Shown here in pieces: positions 43,051-54,546 of a DNA stretch of 64,000 bases. Numbering within the stretch: position 1 is the stretch's first letter; every line of letters starts with the position of its first letter. This DNA comes from Balanoglossus misakiensis (Eukaryota; Animalia; Hemichordata). The DNA lies in NCBI GenBank assembly GCA_040954595.2, contig CM082597.2:5275244-5339243 (forward strand). The letters are read 5' to 3'. The translations under genes and the position numbers were made by a program. Below the pieces are notes generated by a model. It was not told the origin of the DNA. It made no database searches and was given only the letters and a program-made list of their open reading frames with translations.

Positions 43051-46000
43051 CCATAGACAGTAGAGGGGGGGAAGATGGACGCGTCTTTGATGGGGAAGTG
43101 AGGGATAAAGTGAAGAAGTAAAGTGATCCAACTTCATTTTTCACAAGTCCCCCATATTAAATGCTTATTGTCTCAGTATGACCTGTTTCGTGTGTATGAT
43201 GGTATCATGTACATGTACATATAAGTTGTGGTCGTCTGCAGACGGCATGTCAGTCCAACGTTATTTCCGCTACAATATTATTTACCGGCATGAAGCTTTG
43301 AGCAGATATCAGACCTTTAATTTTATATATATTTGATCGGAATATGCTCATGTGTTTTTGATTATTACAATTTAACAACGTCTATAGGCCTACAATGTAC
43401 ATATTTCAGATCGGAAGATGAATTAAATCCAAGCAAAAAAATTATTTCTGTATATTCATTACGACTGTCTCATAAAATCAAAAGTCGAGCAACACGCTAC
43501 AAAACAACTTTCAATACATTGTTATGGTAATGCTAGGTCAAATGCCGTACACGTACAAGACTCGGATCTCAAGAAATGCGACTTTTTCCTGATTCTCAGA
43601 CTGGGCTACCCTATAGCAGGAGAAACTATTTTCCACTATTGGGGGCGGAGCTTGTATCACGTGGGCTGGTTGCATATATAGTGCCTCCCCTCGGCATCAA
43701 CGGCAGACGAGACATGGCGGTTGAACTGTGAGCATCGTGCTCTCGGTTGCAGTGATCTGAATTCGTACTTTACCTCTATCTTTCTTATATTTTCGTTCAA
43801 ACATTTCTCCTCGTTTGTGGGAACACTTTGTCTGTAACCTCTGAGAGTTTTAGTTGTCTACGGATCGTAATTCCGAGGTTTTTCTTGGTATTTGGGTGAG
43901 CGCAACGCTCAGGTCTTTTCAGCACATCTCTCAGCGCACGTTCTGCCCTGCGCAAGGTATATCGACCCATGACTTGTAACGGACCTGTCTACGCCGTCAA
44001 GGCTCGATCGTGCTACGTTTACGCTACCGTTGAGTTGCCTGTTAGGTCCAAGGTTCGTCATTCACTAAGGCTTGACAAATTTGGGGCCTCAGTCCGACGG
44101 AATTTCCGTTTCTTTCATTGGTGGCATTGCAGGATAAGATTTGTGCTGGTCATTCGTTCTGTCTGCGTTTTGCAGCTGAGTTTTGCTTCCATTGTTCTTG
44201 TATATTGTTGCTAAATTGTTGAATAGCGTTATCGATTTTTTGTGTTTAGTGTACCTCGCACGTGCACTGTGATTGGGAATTTTGTCGACAGTGAACAAAC
44301 AGGAGTTGGTGAAACTCCAGGTCGGTCTGTGGAGGCGTCCAATGTACATAACTCAACGGTCGCGTAAACGTAGCACAGTCGGGCCTTGAGAGCATAAACC
44401 TGTATGACTTTATGGATGTGCCACCACTAATGTCACCTGATGGGGAAGTGAGGGATGAAGTGCAGAATTAAAGTGATCCAACTTCATTTTTCACAGGTCC
44501 CCCATATTAAATGCTTATTGTCTCAGTATGACCTGTTTCGTGTGTATGATGGTATCATGTATAAGTTGTGGAAGTCTGCAGATGGCAAGTCAGTCCAACG
44601 TTATTTTCGCTACAATATTATTTACCATCATGAAGCTTTGAGCAGATATCAGAACTTTAATTTTATATATTTGATCGGAATATGCTCATGTGTTTTTGAT
44701 TATTACAATATAACAACGTCTATAGGCCTACAATGTACATATTTCAGATCGGAAGATGAATTAAATCCAAGCAAAATAATTATTTCTGTATATTCATTAT
44801 GACTGTCTCATAAAATCAAAAGTCGAGCAACACACTACAAAACAACTTTCAATACATTGTTATGGTAATGCTAGGTCAAATGCCGTACACGTACAAGGCT
44901 CGCATCTCAAGAAATGCGACTTTTTCCTGATTCTCAGACTGGGCTACCCTATAGCAGGAGAAACTATTTTCCACTATTGGGGGCGGAGCTTGTATCACGT
45001 GGGCTGGTTGCATATATAGTGCCTCCCCTCGGCATCAACGGCAGACGAGACATGGCGGTTGAACTGTGAGCATCGTGCTCTCGGTTGCAGTGATCTGAAT
45101 TCGTACTTTACCTCTATCTTTCTTATATTTTCGTTCAAACATTTCTCCTCGTTTGTGGGAACACTTTGTCTGTAACCTCTGAGAGTTTTAGTTGTCTACG
45201 GATCGTAATTCCGAGGTTTTTCTTGGTATTTGGGTGAGCGCAACGCTCAGGTCTTTTCAGCACATCTCTCAGCGCACGTTCTGCCCTGCGCAAGGTATAT
45301 CGACCCATGACTTGTAACGGACCTGTCTACGCCGTCAAGGCTCGATCGTGCTACGTTTACGCTACCGTTGAGTTGCCTGTTAGGTCCAAGGTTCGTCATT
45401 CACTAAGGCTTGACAAATTTGTGGCCTCAGTCCGACGGAATTTCCGTTTCTTTCATTGGTGGCATTGCAGGATAAGATTTGTGCTGGTCATTCGTTCTGT
45501 CTGCGTTTTGCAGCTGAGTTTTGCTTCCATTGTTTCTTGTATATTGTTGCTAAATTTTTGAATAGCGTTATCGATTTTTTGTGTTTAGTGTACCTCGCAC
45601 GTGCACTGTGATTGGGAATTTTGTCGACAGTGAACAAACAGGAGTTGGTGAAACTCCAGGTCGGTCTGTGGAGGCGTCCAATGTACATAACTCAACGGTC
45701 GCGTAAACGTAGCACGGTCGGGCCGTATAATCGGGTCCCCAATTTTGTACACATCGTAGTTGCCATTCATTGGCCTACCACAGATTTTTCTAGGCACAAT
45801 AGGACGAGTGAAAAATATCCTATTCGATTAAACACTCGTATATTCGCCTTCCCTGATATATAAAGTCTTCGATCGTTGTAATGTTGCTTCTTCAGATTCA
45901 AAATATGGCACGATTTTCTGTAAATTTTGTCAGTGGACATCACACGAGTGTCTCCAAAACTACGCTACACTTCAAAATGACGGACCTAAGCGGATTATGT

Positions 46001-46114
46001 TAATGAGGCGAGGTGTTGAACCATTAGCAACATAGGTTAAATAGGGCGACCACGTGATTTCTTTTGTTCTCTGCAGGAGAGACGCGTCCGTCTTCCCCCC
46101 TCTACTGTCTATGG
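43051..46114. mobile_element. 3.06-kb non-autonomous TIR element (CCATAGAC...GTCTATGG ends) with an internal ~1.3-kb direct duplication
   Basis: The left end CCATAGACAGTAGAGGGGGGGAAGATGGACGCGTCT and right end AGACGCGTCCGTCTTCCCCCCTCTACTGTCTATGG are ~35-bp inverted repeats. Internal repeats at 43088-44385 and 44438-45724. No transposase ORF seen. Confidence 0.85.
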
Positions 46115-46595
46115 TTAAAACCTTTGCATTGTGTTAAAATCTGTGACCAATGAAACTGCACACGCATGATAAGACAATGGGCCGTGGAAAAACACTACCC
46201 TGGCCCAGGACACCTTTTTAGTGGAACTCAATTACTGCTTAAATAAAACATCACACTCAGACTGACTTTTTGTGTCTCACGAGTCTTCATTCTGACGCAC
46301 TCACTCACTCACTCACTCATTCATGACAGATAAAACGCATGCTGCAACCGTTCAAGCATCACCTACAGACACGAAACAATAGTCAGCACATTGTGATTGT
46401 TGAACATTCACATGTTCCACGTGAATAGAGTGTGATGAATGTAAACAGTATTACATAATGCAATCTGCGTGTTTTATAACGAAATTCAGGAGGAGAGGCG
46501 AGCTCGTGATGAATCTAGTCCCAATTGCAACACTGACTGCACGATAAACCGCCGCGGAAACTATATATAGTCGTTGAGATTTAATTTGAACCTTA
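46115..46595 (+). repeat. Third copy of the distal part of the tandem unit (native upstream region of copy C)
   Basis: Matches ~39944-40400 and ~42402-42860 from TTAAAACCTTTGCATTG to the TATA-like AAACTATATATAG. Confidence 0.88.
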
Positions 46596-46619
46596 TTGTC
46601 GTGAATAGAAATCAGCGTG

Positions 46620-47526
46620 ATGGCAGATGAGGGTAACTTTGTCGAAGTGGATGGATACACGCTGCCCGGATACTTCGACGTGGAGAAAATTAAACGCGGG
46701 GCACTGCACGACTGGAAGTGTCGAGGCGACGATGTCATCATCGGCGGATTCCCGAAGTCGGGCAATACGTGGCTGATTAAAATCCTGCAGTCGATGTACA
46801 GCGACTGGGGCCTCTGCGAGTTCGGTGGAAGGAGGGAGCCTGTTCTACTGGAGGAATACCTCCTCAGCCTGCCCATTACTGAAGCACGTGTCAAAGCATT
46901 GGAGTCGACAGATATCGATGATCTTCCCTCCCCACGTTTGATGAGAACACATTTGCCAGCCGCCATGCTCCCCTTGAGAAACATCAAAGAAGGCGGCGCC
47001 AAGGTCATCTACGTGAGTCGAAATCCCAAGGATGTGTGCGTCTCTGCGTTTCATTTTTTCAAGGTCATACAGCCGAGTGACTTCTCGGCCGGCAACTGGG
47101 AGCAGTCCGTCCAGGGTTTCATGCGAGACAAGGTGCCCTTCGCGCCGTGGTCCAAGCACGTCATCGGTTGGTTTGAACTTGGCGTTGACGACAACGTGCT
47201 TCATGTAACCTACGAGGACATGAAAGGCAGATCTTCCAGAAATCATCAGGAAAATTGCAGGTTTTCTTAGGCGTCCTATAAAGGAAGCGGACATCGGAAG
47301 AGTTGTCGCCGCTACTTCTGTGGAGACTATGAGACAGACTGATCCGCTGGACATAATGTATATTGACGGACCGGATGCTGTGATACCGAAAGGACAAAAC
47401 CCCTGGGTTCGCAAAGGAGTCGTTGGCGACTGGAAAAGACATTTCACCGTTGAACAAAGTGAAAGGTTCGACGCTGAAATCGGGAGGAAAGTAAAAGACG
47501 CTAACACTAAGATACCATACCAGTGA
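46620..47526 (+). pseudogene. Sulfotransferase copy C with a +1 frameshift (pseudogene or sequence error)
   Basis: Full-length homology is split across ORFs 46617-47270 and 47320-47526. One extra base in ATGAAAGGCAGATCTT (~47223-47227) is responsible; removing it restores MKADLPEIIRKIAGFL and the IPYQ stop at 47526. Confidence 0.75.
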
Positions 47527-48354
47527 AAATGTCACACTCAACAGCAAATTGCAAACTTGATTAAGGGATTACGTACAACGATAAGAACGTCACTACTGTC
47601 CCATTGATTCAACCTTTTGACATTTTAAACATATTTCTCCCATATATTAACTCTGTTACAATGTATTTGGTTCACAATGTCTACCGCGATGGAGACTTAT
47701 AATTTTGGCCAAAATGTAGAATTTTGTCCCCCCCCCCCCCCACCCTCCTATTTTACGGAAAAATGTAGTTTGCGTTTTGTAATATGTGAACTATCCAGGG
47801 AACACAGCCGAATGCTCCCCCCAAATCTATGTCAGCCGTGCAGATGAAAAATCACGAGATGGCAGAGGGTACTGACTGGGAAAGAAGACCCATAAGCACA
47901 GGGCGCTGGACCTAAAAAAAAAATTGTTGTTGTTGCTGTTGTTGTTGAGAATGATAACGATTTGACATCAGAAAGAAATAAAAATATATTGGGAGTTCGT
48001 CTATTTGTTGATATACTTGTAGCTGTTGTTGTTTCTAGTGTAGTATGTTGTTATGGTTGTGGTTTTGGTTGGGATCAATCATTGTTGGCGTGGAACATTT
48101 CAATAAGGTAATGCCAAAGACGCACGAGTAACCTGTGAGATCGGAGTTCATATTTTTGACGAGTCATACACCGTTTTCATAAAACCAGCGCCCTCAACAA
48201 GTCAAGGGTGTTTCCTTATGAAAAAAGGTACGATGAAAGTCAAAAGGTCAACCCTAGGTCAACTACCCGCAACTATTTCACCAACAACACTGCTTTGGGG
48301 TCCAGAGATTACCTGCCACATCCAGTAGAAAGATACTGCTGGAAACATCTCAAC

Positions 48355-49257
48355 ATGTCAAGCTTTGAAAAGTATGTTAAGGTGGACGGATATACATTCG
48401 CCTGTTACTATGACGAGGAAAAGCTGAAAAACCGAGGAATATGTGACTTCAAGTTTCGACGCGACGATTTGGTTGTCTGTGGGTACGCCAAGTCGGGTAA
48501 CACGTGGCTTATCAAGGTGCTACAATCTATGTACGATGACTGGGGACTTTGTCATTACGGTCCAAAGGGCGAAGCTATATTTCTTGACGAACAATGTTTA
48601 TTGAAAGAGCCCTTTAGTGGAAAACGAGGACAGGCTGTGGCGTCTGTCGACGTCGATGACCTGCCGTCGCCACGTCTAATGCGAACGCACGTACCGGCCG
48701 CCATGTTTCCTGTCCAGAAAATTAAACAAAATGGCGCTAAAGTCATCTATCTCAGTCGGAATCCGAAAGATGTATGCGTGTCCTTATTTCACTTCATGAC
48801 GGCATATGATCAAGGTGCGTTCGCTGCTGGAAACTGGGAAAATGCAGTAGAAGACTTCTTGCAAGACAGGGCCGTATATGCGCCATGGTCCAAACACGTC
48901 ATCGGCTGGTTCAAACATGGCGCTGACGACAACGTTCTCCATGTAACCTACGAAGAAATGAAAGACGACCTACCGAAAGCTATAAAGAAAATCGCACATT
49001 TTCTCAGACGTCCTGTGAGCGAAGAGGACATTGATAGAGTTGTCGCCGCTACCTCTGTGGAGACCATGAGACAAAGTCAACCGTCTGATTTAATGTACGT
49101 AGATGACCACATATTTCCCAAGGGACAAAACCCCTGGGTTCGCAAAGGAGTCGTTGGTGATTGGAAAACGCATTTCACCGTTGCGCAAAGTGAACGCTTC
49201 GACGCTGAAATCGGAAATCAAGTGAAAGACGCCAATCCAAATATTCCATACCAGTGA
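48355..49257 (+). CDS. Cytosolic-type sulfotransferase, copy D, intronless
   Basis: ATG at 48355; GYAKSGNTW, RTHVP, RNPKDVCVS, RKGVVGDWK, IPYQ C-terminus. Confidence 0.92.
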   Translation: MSSFEKYVKVDGYTFACYYDEEKLKNRGICDFKFRRDDLVVCGYAKSGNTWLIKVLQSMYDDWGLCHYGPKGEAIFLDEQCLLKEPFSGKRGQAVASVDVDDLPSPRLMRTHVPAAMFPVQKIKQNGAKVIYLSRNPKDVCVSLFHFMTAYDQGAFAAGNWENAVEDFLQDRAVYAPWSKHVIGWFKHGADDNVLHVTYEEMKDDLPKAIKKIAHFLRRPVSEEDIDRVVAATSVETMRQSQPSDLMYVDDHIFPKGQNPWVRKGVVGDWKTHFTVAQSERFDAEIGNQVKDANPNIPYQ

Positions 49258-50364
49258 ACATCATAGTAAAGTCAAATTCGACATTTCCGCGTTGGACACC
49301 TAATGGCGGTCACTCACATAAAAATAACCAAGAAAAATATTTGACAACCACAAGAATGTAAAAACTTTGATAACAGCACACTGTCGAGCGTCAGTCCCTG
49401 CAAATATCATTATGATAACGTGTAAGGTATATTAAATTACATATATTCAAGTTATGTGACACTAAGAAGGTCTCCAAAACAAAATGTATGTTCAGGCCTA
49501 TGAGATTAGGGATTTGTTTAATGTAAAATATACAGAAAACTTAACCAAAAAGTTACATGCTTTGTTTATTTAAAATAAAATATATATACAAACAAGAAAA
49601 TAAGAACATGACAATTTGTAAAAAGATTTACTTATGTATGATGTACATGTACCAATTTTGAGCTGATTCGTACGGGGTGTTAACAACACGACTCATCGGT
49701 CATCTTGTGAAACGAACTTACATGCATCATATTGCATTGTCCTATGCCAAGTTTAAATAGAACCAGTGCAGTTGTGACTGAGTGATGGCTCTCGACATGA
49801 AAAAAATGTCACTCGGCAGCCATGATGGACTCTATCGCAAAACAAATTGAGATGTGCAACGGTGCAACCCAACACATTGTCCCTGTACCAAGTTTCCAGA
49901 ATTGAAAACTTTCAAAATAAAAGAGCCACCTGGTTGCCATAGCAATTCATAATTTTGATAATAAAACTCTTAATTACAATCAATTTATTATCAGACTGTC
50001 ATATTTTGCTTTTTTAAACCTGTTCTGTATCTTTGCTTTCAACTTGCGGCATGCTGTGAGGGTGACGTCCCACAAGATGGCCGATGCATGCACCCGATGG
50101 TGACCTTCCAATGCTTGTGTCTTTTCGCCACTGGTCACAGAACATGGATTCCACACACTGTCCCGTTTCCCTGGATACCAGTGAAGGCCATGTGTGCCCC
50201 TCTCCCCGGATGTGACATCACCACTCTGTGGAATCTCCACATATTCGGGGCAATGAACGGCCACCAAGCAGCCGCCGGTCAGAAACGGGTCCATTACTGT
50301 GCCTCACTGTATCTTTCCAGGACAGTTCCCTGGTGTCCTATTGAAATCTGTAAAAAATAAATAG

Positions 50365-50860
50365 TGTTACGACACACCCTGTTTAGTTGCTTGGTCGAGA
50401 GAGGGGTAGCTTTTCTTTGCATAACAAATGGCCCTGCCTTTTCAACTAGTTCATTTAAATATTAGTTAACCAGGTGGTCACCCATATAAAAGGCCTTCTC
50501 ACAAAAACCGCGTGGCACACTTCTCAACACTGACTCGGAGGAGCACGTCACTCTACATCGCCTTGGGAATTAGGAATTTACCTAGCTGGGCTGGATTCTG
50601 TGAGAAACTGACTTCTGTGAGCGGCTGGCTTCTGTGAATGACGGACTTTGTCAGCAACGGACTTGCGTGCCTTGGTGAAGCTTGAGTTCGGCCAGGACTT
50701 TTGTGGACTCAATAACTCCTCGACCAAGCAGGGTAAAAACACATAGTGAACATTTTTTTCTGTGAAACCTTTTGATTTTAGAAGGCTAGTTGTTCAATTA
50801 AATATTCTGTTGTTGAACCACAGACTCCATTGTGTGCTCCCGTTTTTTTCTATCGTAACA
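50365..50860 (+). mobile_element. Solo LTR (496 bp), probably Gypsy-type
   Basis: TGTTACGA...TCGTAACA termini, 4-bp target duplication ATAG on both sides, TATA-like CATATAAAA at ~50483 and an ATTAAA-type polyA signal at ~50797. Confidence 0.88.
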
Positions 50861-51169
50861 ATAGCAACCAAGCCAAACAGTCAAAATTCCATACTTATAA
50901 CTTGATACTTTTAAAATCATTATTCAAACTGAACAAAGTGGACTAAGCAGTGTTTCGTGCGCCTGTAGCTGCGCCCCCTCCCCAGGGGGTTGGAGGCATA
51001 ACCGGCCAGTTGCCACAGAGACCCCAGGGCCACATCCAAATAGGTATGAATAGGACAACGCACGGGTCATTGAACGGTCGCCGTACAAGGTTTCACTGAC
51101 ACATAAAAGCTGTGTTTCTACGGCTGCTATTGAAAGGCATACACACGCATACCCGTTTTCTTGGCGAGT

Positions 51170-51930
51170 TCACCGTACCAGTTGATTAAAAACCCAATCT
51201 ATAATAACTCGTTTAATCAATTTGGTGCAGTACACATGTAGGCTATACTTACTAGTAGTATTAGTATAGCATATGTTGTACATATATTCATGTATATCAC
51301 TCAACCCTAAACATGCACTACGCCATGCCCTATTTAACTATATATTTAACAATGGCAATGTCCGTGAAAAGCAGGCTGATGTTGTTACTCGGTAACTATC
51401 GTACAGTGCATGTGTTAGTTTACCCGCCATTTAAAACCACAATCCAGGATACATCGTACGATAAAGTCGGCGTAGTGCTTACCTTGTAGGCTGTACTTGG
51501 TAGTAGTGCACAGTATAACTCAACCCTGGACCATACATGCACTAGACTGCGCCTTGCCCTATTTAACTGCACGCAATTAAACAACGGCAAAGTCCGTATA
51601 AAGCAGGCCGATGTTGTTACTCGGTAACTATCATACAGTGTACATGTCAGTGTACTCACCGTGCCAATTAATTTAAAACCACAATCCGGGATACATCGTA
51701 TACGATCAAATTGGTGTGACACCTACCTGTAGGCTGTTTTTGCTAGTAGTACTAGTATCGCAGGCTGTGCATAATGTACACACTCAATCCCAGACTTCAA
51801 TATGCAGTTCGCCTTGACCGACCTATACACGTACACACTCAACCCCGGAGTTAATACATGTATACAGTACGCTTTGCCCTTGTTAACCTAAATTATTAAT
51901 GGCAAAGTCCGAGGTGCGAAGGCCGATGCG
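51170..51930. repeat. Degenerate tandem repeat, about 3 units of ~240 bp
   Basis: Recurring blocks TGTAGGCT..AGTAGT, ACTCAACCC, GCCCTATTTAAC and GGCAAAGTCCG..GCAGGCCGATGTTGTTACTCGGTAACTATC. Confidence 0.75.
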
Positions 51931-52091
51931 TCACTAGTTTACTCAACGTTGAAGGAGAATACTCTAACATGTAAAAGTGTCATATAGACCAGTAACCCCA
52001 CTTGACCGGTAACTCTTCAAAACGTCATATGTACATGTACAACCAATTCCTCTCGAAAAATTGCGCAAGTTAAGTCCCACAGCACATGTCG

Positions 52092-52092
<1 letters not shown>

Positions 52093-52161
<69 letters not shown>

Positions 52162-52316
52162 ATGTACCTCCTAATGGTAGACCTCTATCACTAACTTCGC
52201 TATTAATGAATCATGAATGAATGAATGAATTAATTAATTAATTAATTAATTAATTAATTAATTAATTAATTCATTCATTCATTCATTCATTCATTCATTC
52301 ATTCATTCATTCATTA
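52093..52316. repeat. (TCAA)n followed by a palindromic (GAAT)n(TAAT)n(TCAT)n compound microsatellite
   Basis: Direct reading of the sequence. Confidence 0.95.
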
Positions 52317-52417
52317 CAGATCATTTGACGACATCCCAGTGTGCATTGCGTGTTCTTTGCCAGCGTGCTGAGAATAGCTGTTCACACTGTGTTCAAAATA
52401 TCCGTGGTAATATCAGC

Positions 52418-53320
52418 ATGGAAAGTACGGCAAACTGCGTCAGAGTGGACGGATACACATACCCCCCGTATTACGACGAAGTAAAACTGGAAAATGGAGG
52501 ACTGAGTGGCTGTAACTTTCGAAAGAACGACGTGGTGATGTGTGGCTTCATGAAGTCTGGTAACATGTGGCTTGCAAATGTCGTACTGTCCATGTACAGC
52601 GACTGGGGGCTTTGTCATTATGGCGGGAAGGGTGAAGCCATGTTCCTTGACGAACACTTCATATTCAAAGTGCGGTTCATTGAACCGCGTCGCCTGGCTG
52701 TAGAGTCTACCGACATCGACAAGATTCCATCGCCGCGGTTGATGAGGTCGCACCTGCCACCCTCTAAGCTCCCCCTGCAAGAAATGAAGGAAAATGGGAC
52801 AAAGGTTATCTATATCAGTCGCAACCCCAAAGATGTCTGTGTATCGGCATTCCACTTTTTTAAGTCGTTTGCACAAGGTGCTTTGTCAGCTGGGAATTGG
52901 GATGAAACCGTCCAGTCGTTCGTACAAGATAGGTTTCTCTACGCACCATGGTCTAAACATGTCATCGACTGGTTTAAATTTGGAGTTGACGACAATGTAC
53001 TCCACGTTACCTACGAAGAAATGAAAGAAAACCTTCCAAAGGTCATCCAGAAAATAGCGCGTTTTCTGGAGCGACCGGTAACCGAAGAAGACATCAAACG
53101 AGTGGTTCATTCTACCTCTTTTGAAGTTATGAGTCAAAGTGACCCATTGGATATAGCGTACATGGATGACGAAACCGTACCCAAGGGACAAAACCCCTGG
53201 GTTCGCAAAGGAGTTGTTGGTGATTGGAAAAATCATTTTACCGTTGCACAAAGCGAACTATTCGACGCTGTAATCGGGAAGAAAGTGAAAGAGGCTAACT
53301 CAAAAATTCCATATCAGTGA
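52418..53320 (+). CDS. Cytosolic-type sulfotransferase, copy E, intronless
   Basis: ATG at 52418; GFMKSGNMW, RSHLP, RNPKDVCVS, RKGVVGDWKNHF. Confidence 0.92.
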   Translation: MESTANCVRVDGYTYPPYYDEVKLENGGLSGCNFRKNDVVMCGFMKSGNMWLANVVLSMYSDWGLCHYGGKGEAMFLDEHFIFKVRFIEPRRLAVESTDIDKIPSPRLMRSHLPPSKLPLQEMKENGTKVIYISRNPKDVCVSAFHFFKSFAQGALSAGNWDETVQSFVQDRFLYAPWSKHVIDWFKFGVDDNVLHVTYEEMKENLPKVIQKIARFLERPVTEEDIKRVVHSTSFEVMSQSDPLDIAYMDDETVPKGQNPWVRKGVVGDWKNHFTVAQSELFDAVIGKKVKEANSKIPYQ

Positions 53321-54270
53321 CAAATATTAACAAAATGTTATGTGTACGTTATACCAGTGACATGTAATATTCATAAAGTATATTTATTAAATTGATGCTT
53401 AAGAAACCGCAGCAGGTCACGAAACAGCGCCTGTTTTAGATGAATCTTTCCTTCGATATTATATATTCTAACTTGGAAAAAAGAAAGAATACGGTGTACT
53501 TGTTTCCCTGGTGATTGGTTTGATGTTTATCATTCGAATAATTTTAAGGGCAGTGTATTCGTATGCAGTGTAAATGTGGCTAATACTATGTGAAAAAGAC
53601 TTCCAGTAATCGCACTTGATCCATAAGAACATTTTTTTTAAATGTGAATCATTATTTGAGTTAAATGCTTGAGTTAAAATTATAATAAAATAAACGGTGG
53701 CTGGATTGCTTATTGCATGCTATATACGTGTATGCTATATTAGGTCCCTAAAAATAGTTGAGTTTATATCCCGATATGGTGCTGTTTGAGGACAAATATG
53801 TCCCTGAGGCTGTATGAAGTTGAATTGAGAAATGGAAATATTGTTTTGAATGTATTTGCATGTAAGTGGTGCTTGGTAGTTATGTCTGTTGTGTGAGTGA
53901 GACTTAAATATGTTAATGGATTTGGTGTAAACGATTTGGCGATTTGGTTTTTGGACTATATTAATTGGGACGGTACACCTAAGCTCGAATGTCGTAAGAT
54001 ACAAGACGCACGGCTAATTTTGTTTGTTTCCAAATGACCCTCTTCTCCTACCCAACTCACTCTCTTCCACGGCAAGTTCACCTCCAAGAAAATGGGATCG
54101 CCAGTCAGGTCCCTAATTGAGAATCAGCGAAGTCGTCTTTCACCCAATTGTGCAGAGGTCACAGTGTCCTTTGCCACACTGAAGGTTTGCCACTCTGTGT
54201 ATATATATGACAGCGTCCTTTCTCACGCTCCTGGCCGCTGGGAGTGTGGGATCGAGAGTGTGAGTAGATG

Positions 54271-54546
54271 GTAGAATCGAAAGCGCTGTAGGACGCGAGT
54301 GCTGATTGGATGACAAAACGGTTTGTAAAAACGCGCGCTATATGTTACCCAATGGCGTGAATTATAATAAGTTTATATCCATGGACATAAACTACAACGT
54401 ACGAGACTACATTTACAGTCAATTATTCAATGTTTCTAATGCGAATTTGGCTATTTTTGTCGTGTGAGACCTGGGATCGTATTTCTCACACGAGTTGGGG
54501 ATTTTGTGTCCCGCACGAGCCTCATGTATAGAGCTTTCGATTCTAC
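54271..54546. mobile_element. TIR element of unknown class
   Basis: GTAGAATCGAAAGCGCTGTA versus TATAGAGCTTTCGATTCTAC inverted ends (~20 bp, 2 mismatches). Confidence 0.65.

Noticed and set aside
51170-51930. Repeat-spacer pattern reminiscent of a CRISPR array (also 8148-8910)
   Set aside because: Units are long and degenerate, spacers are homologous or irregular, there are no cas genes, and the genome is eukaryotic.
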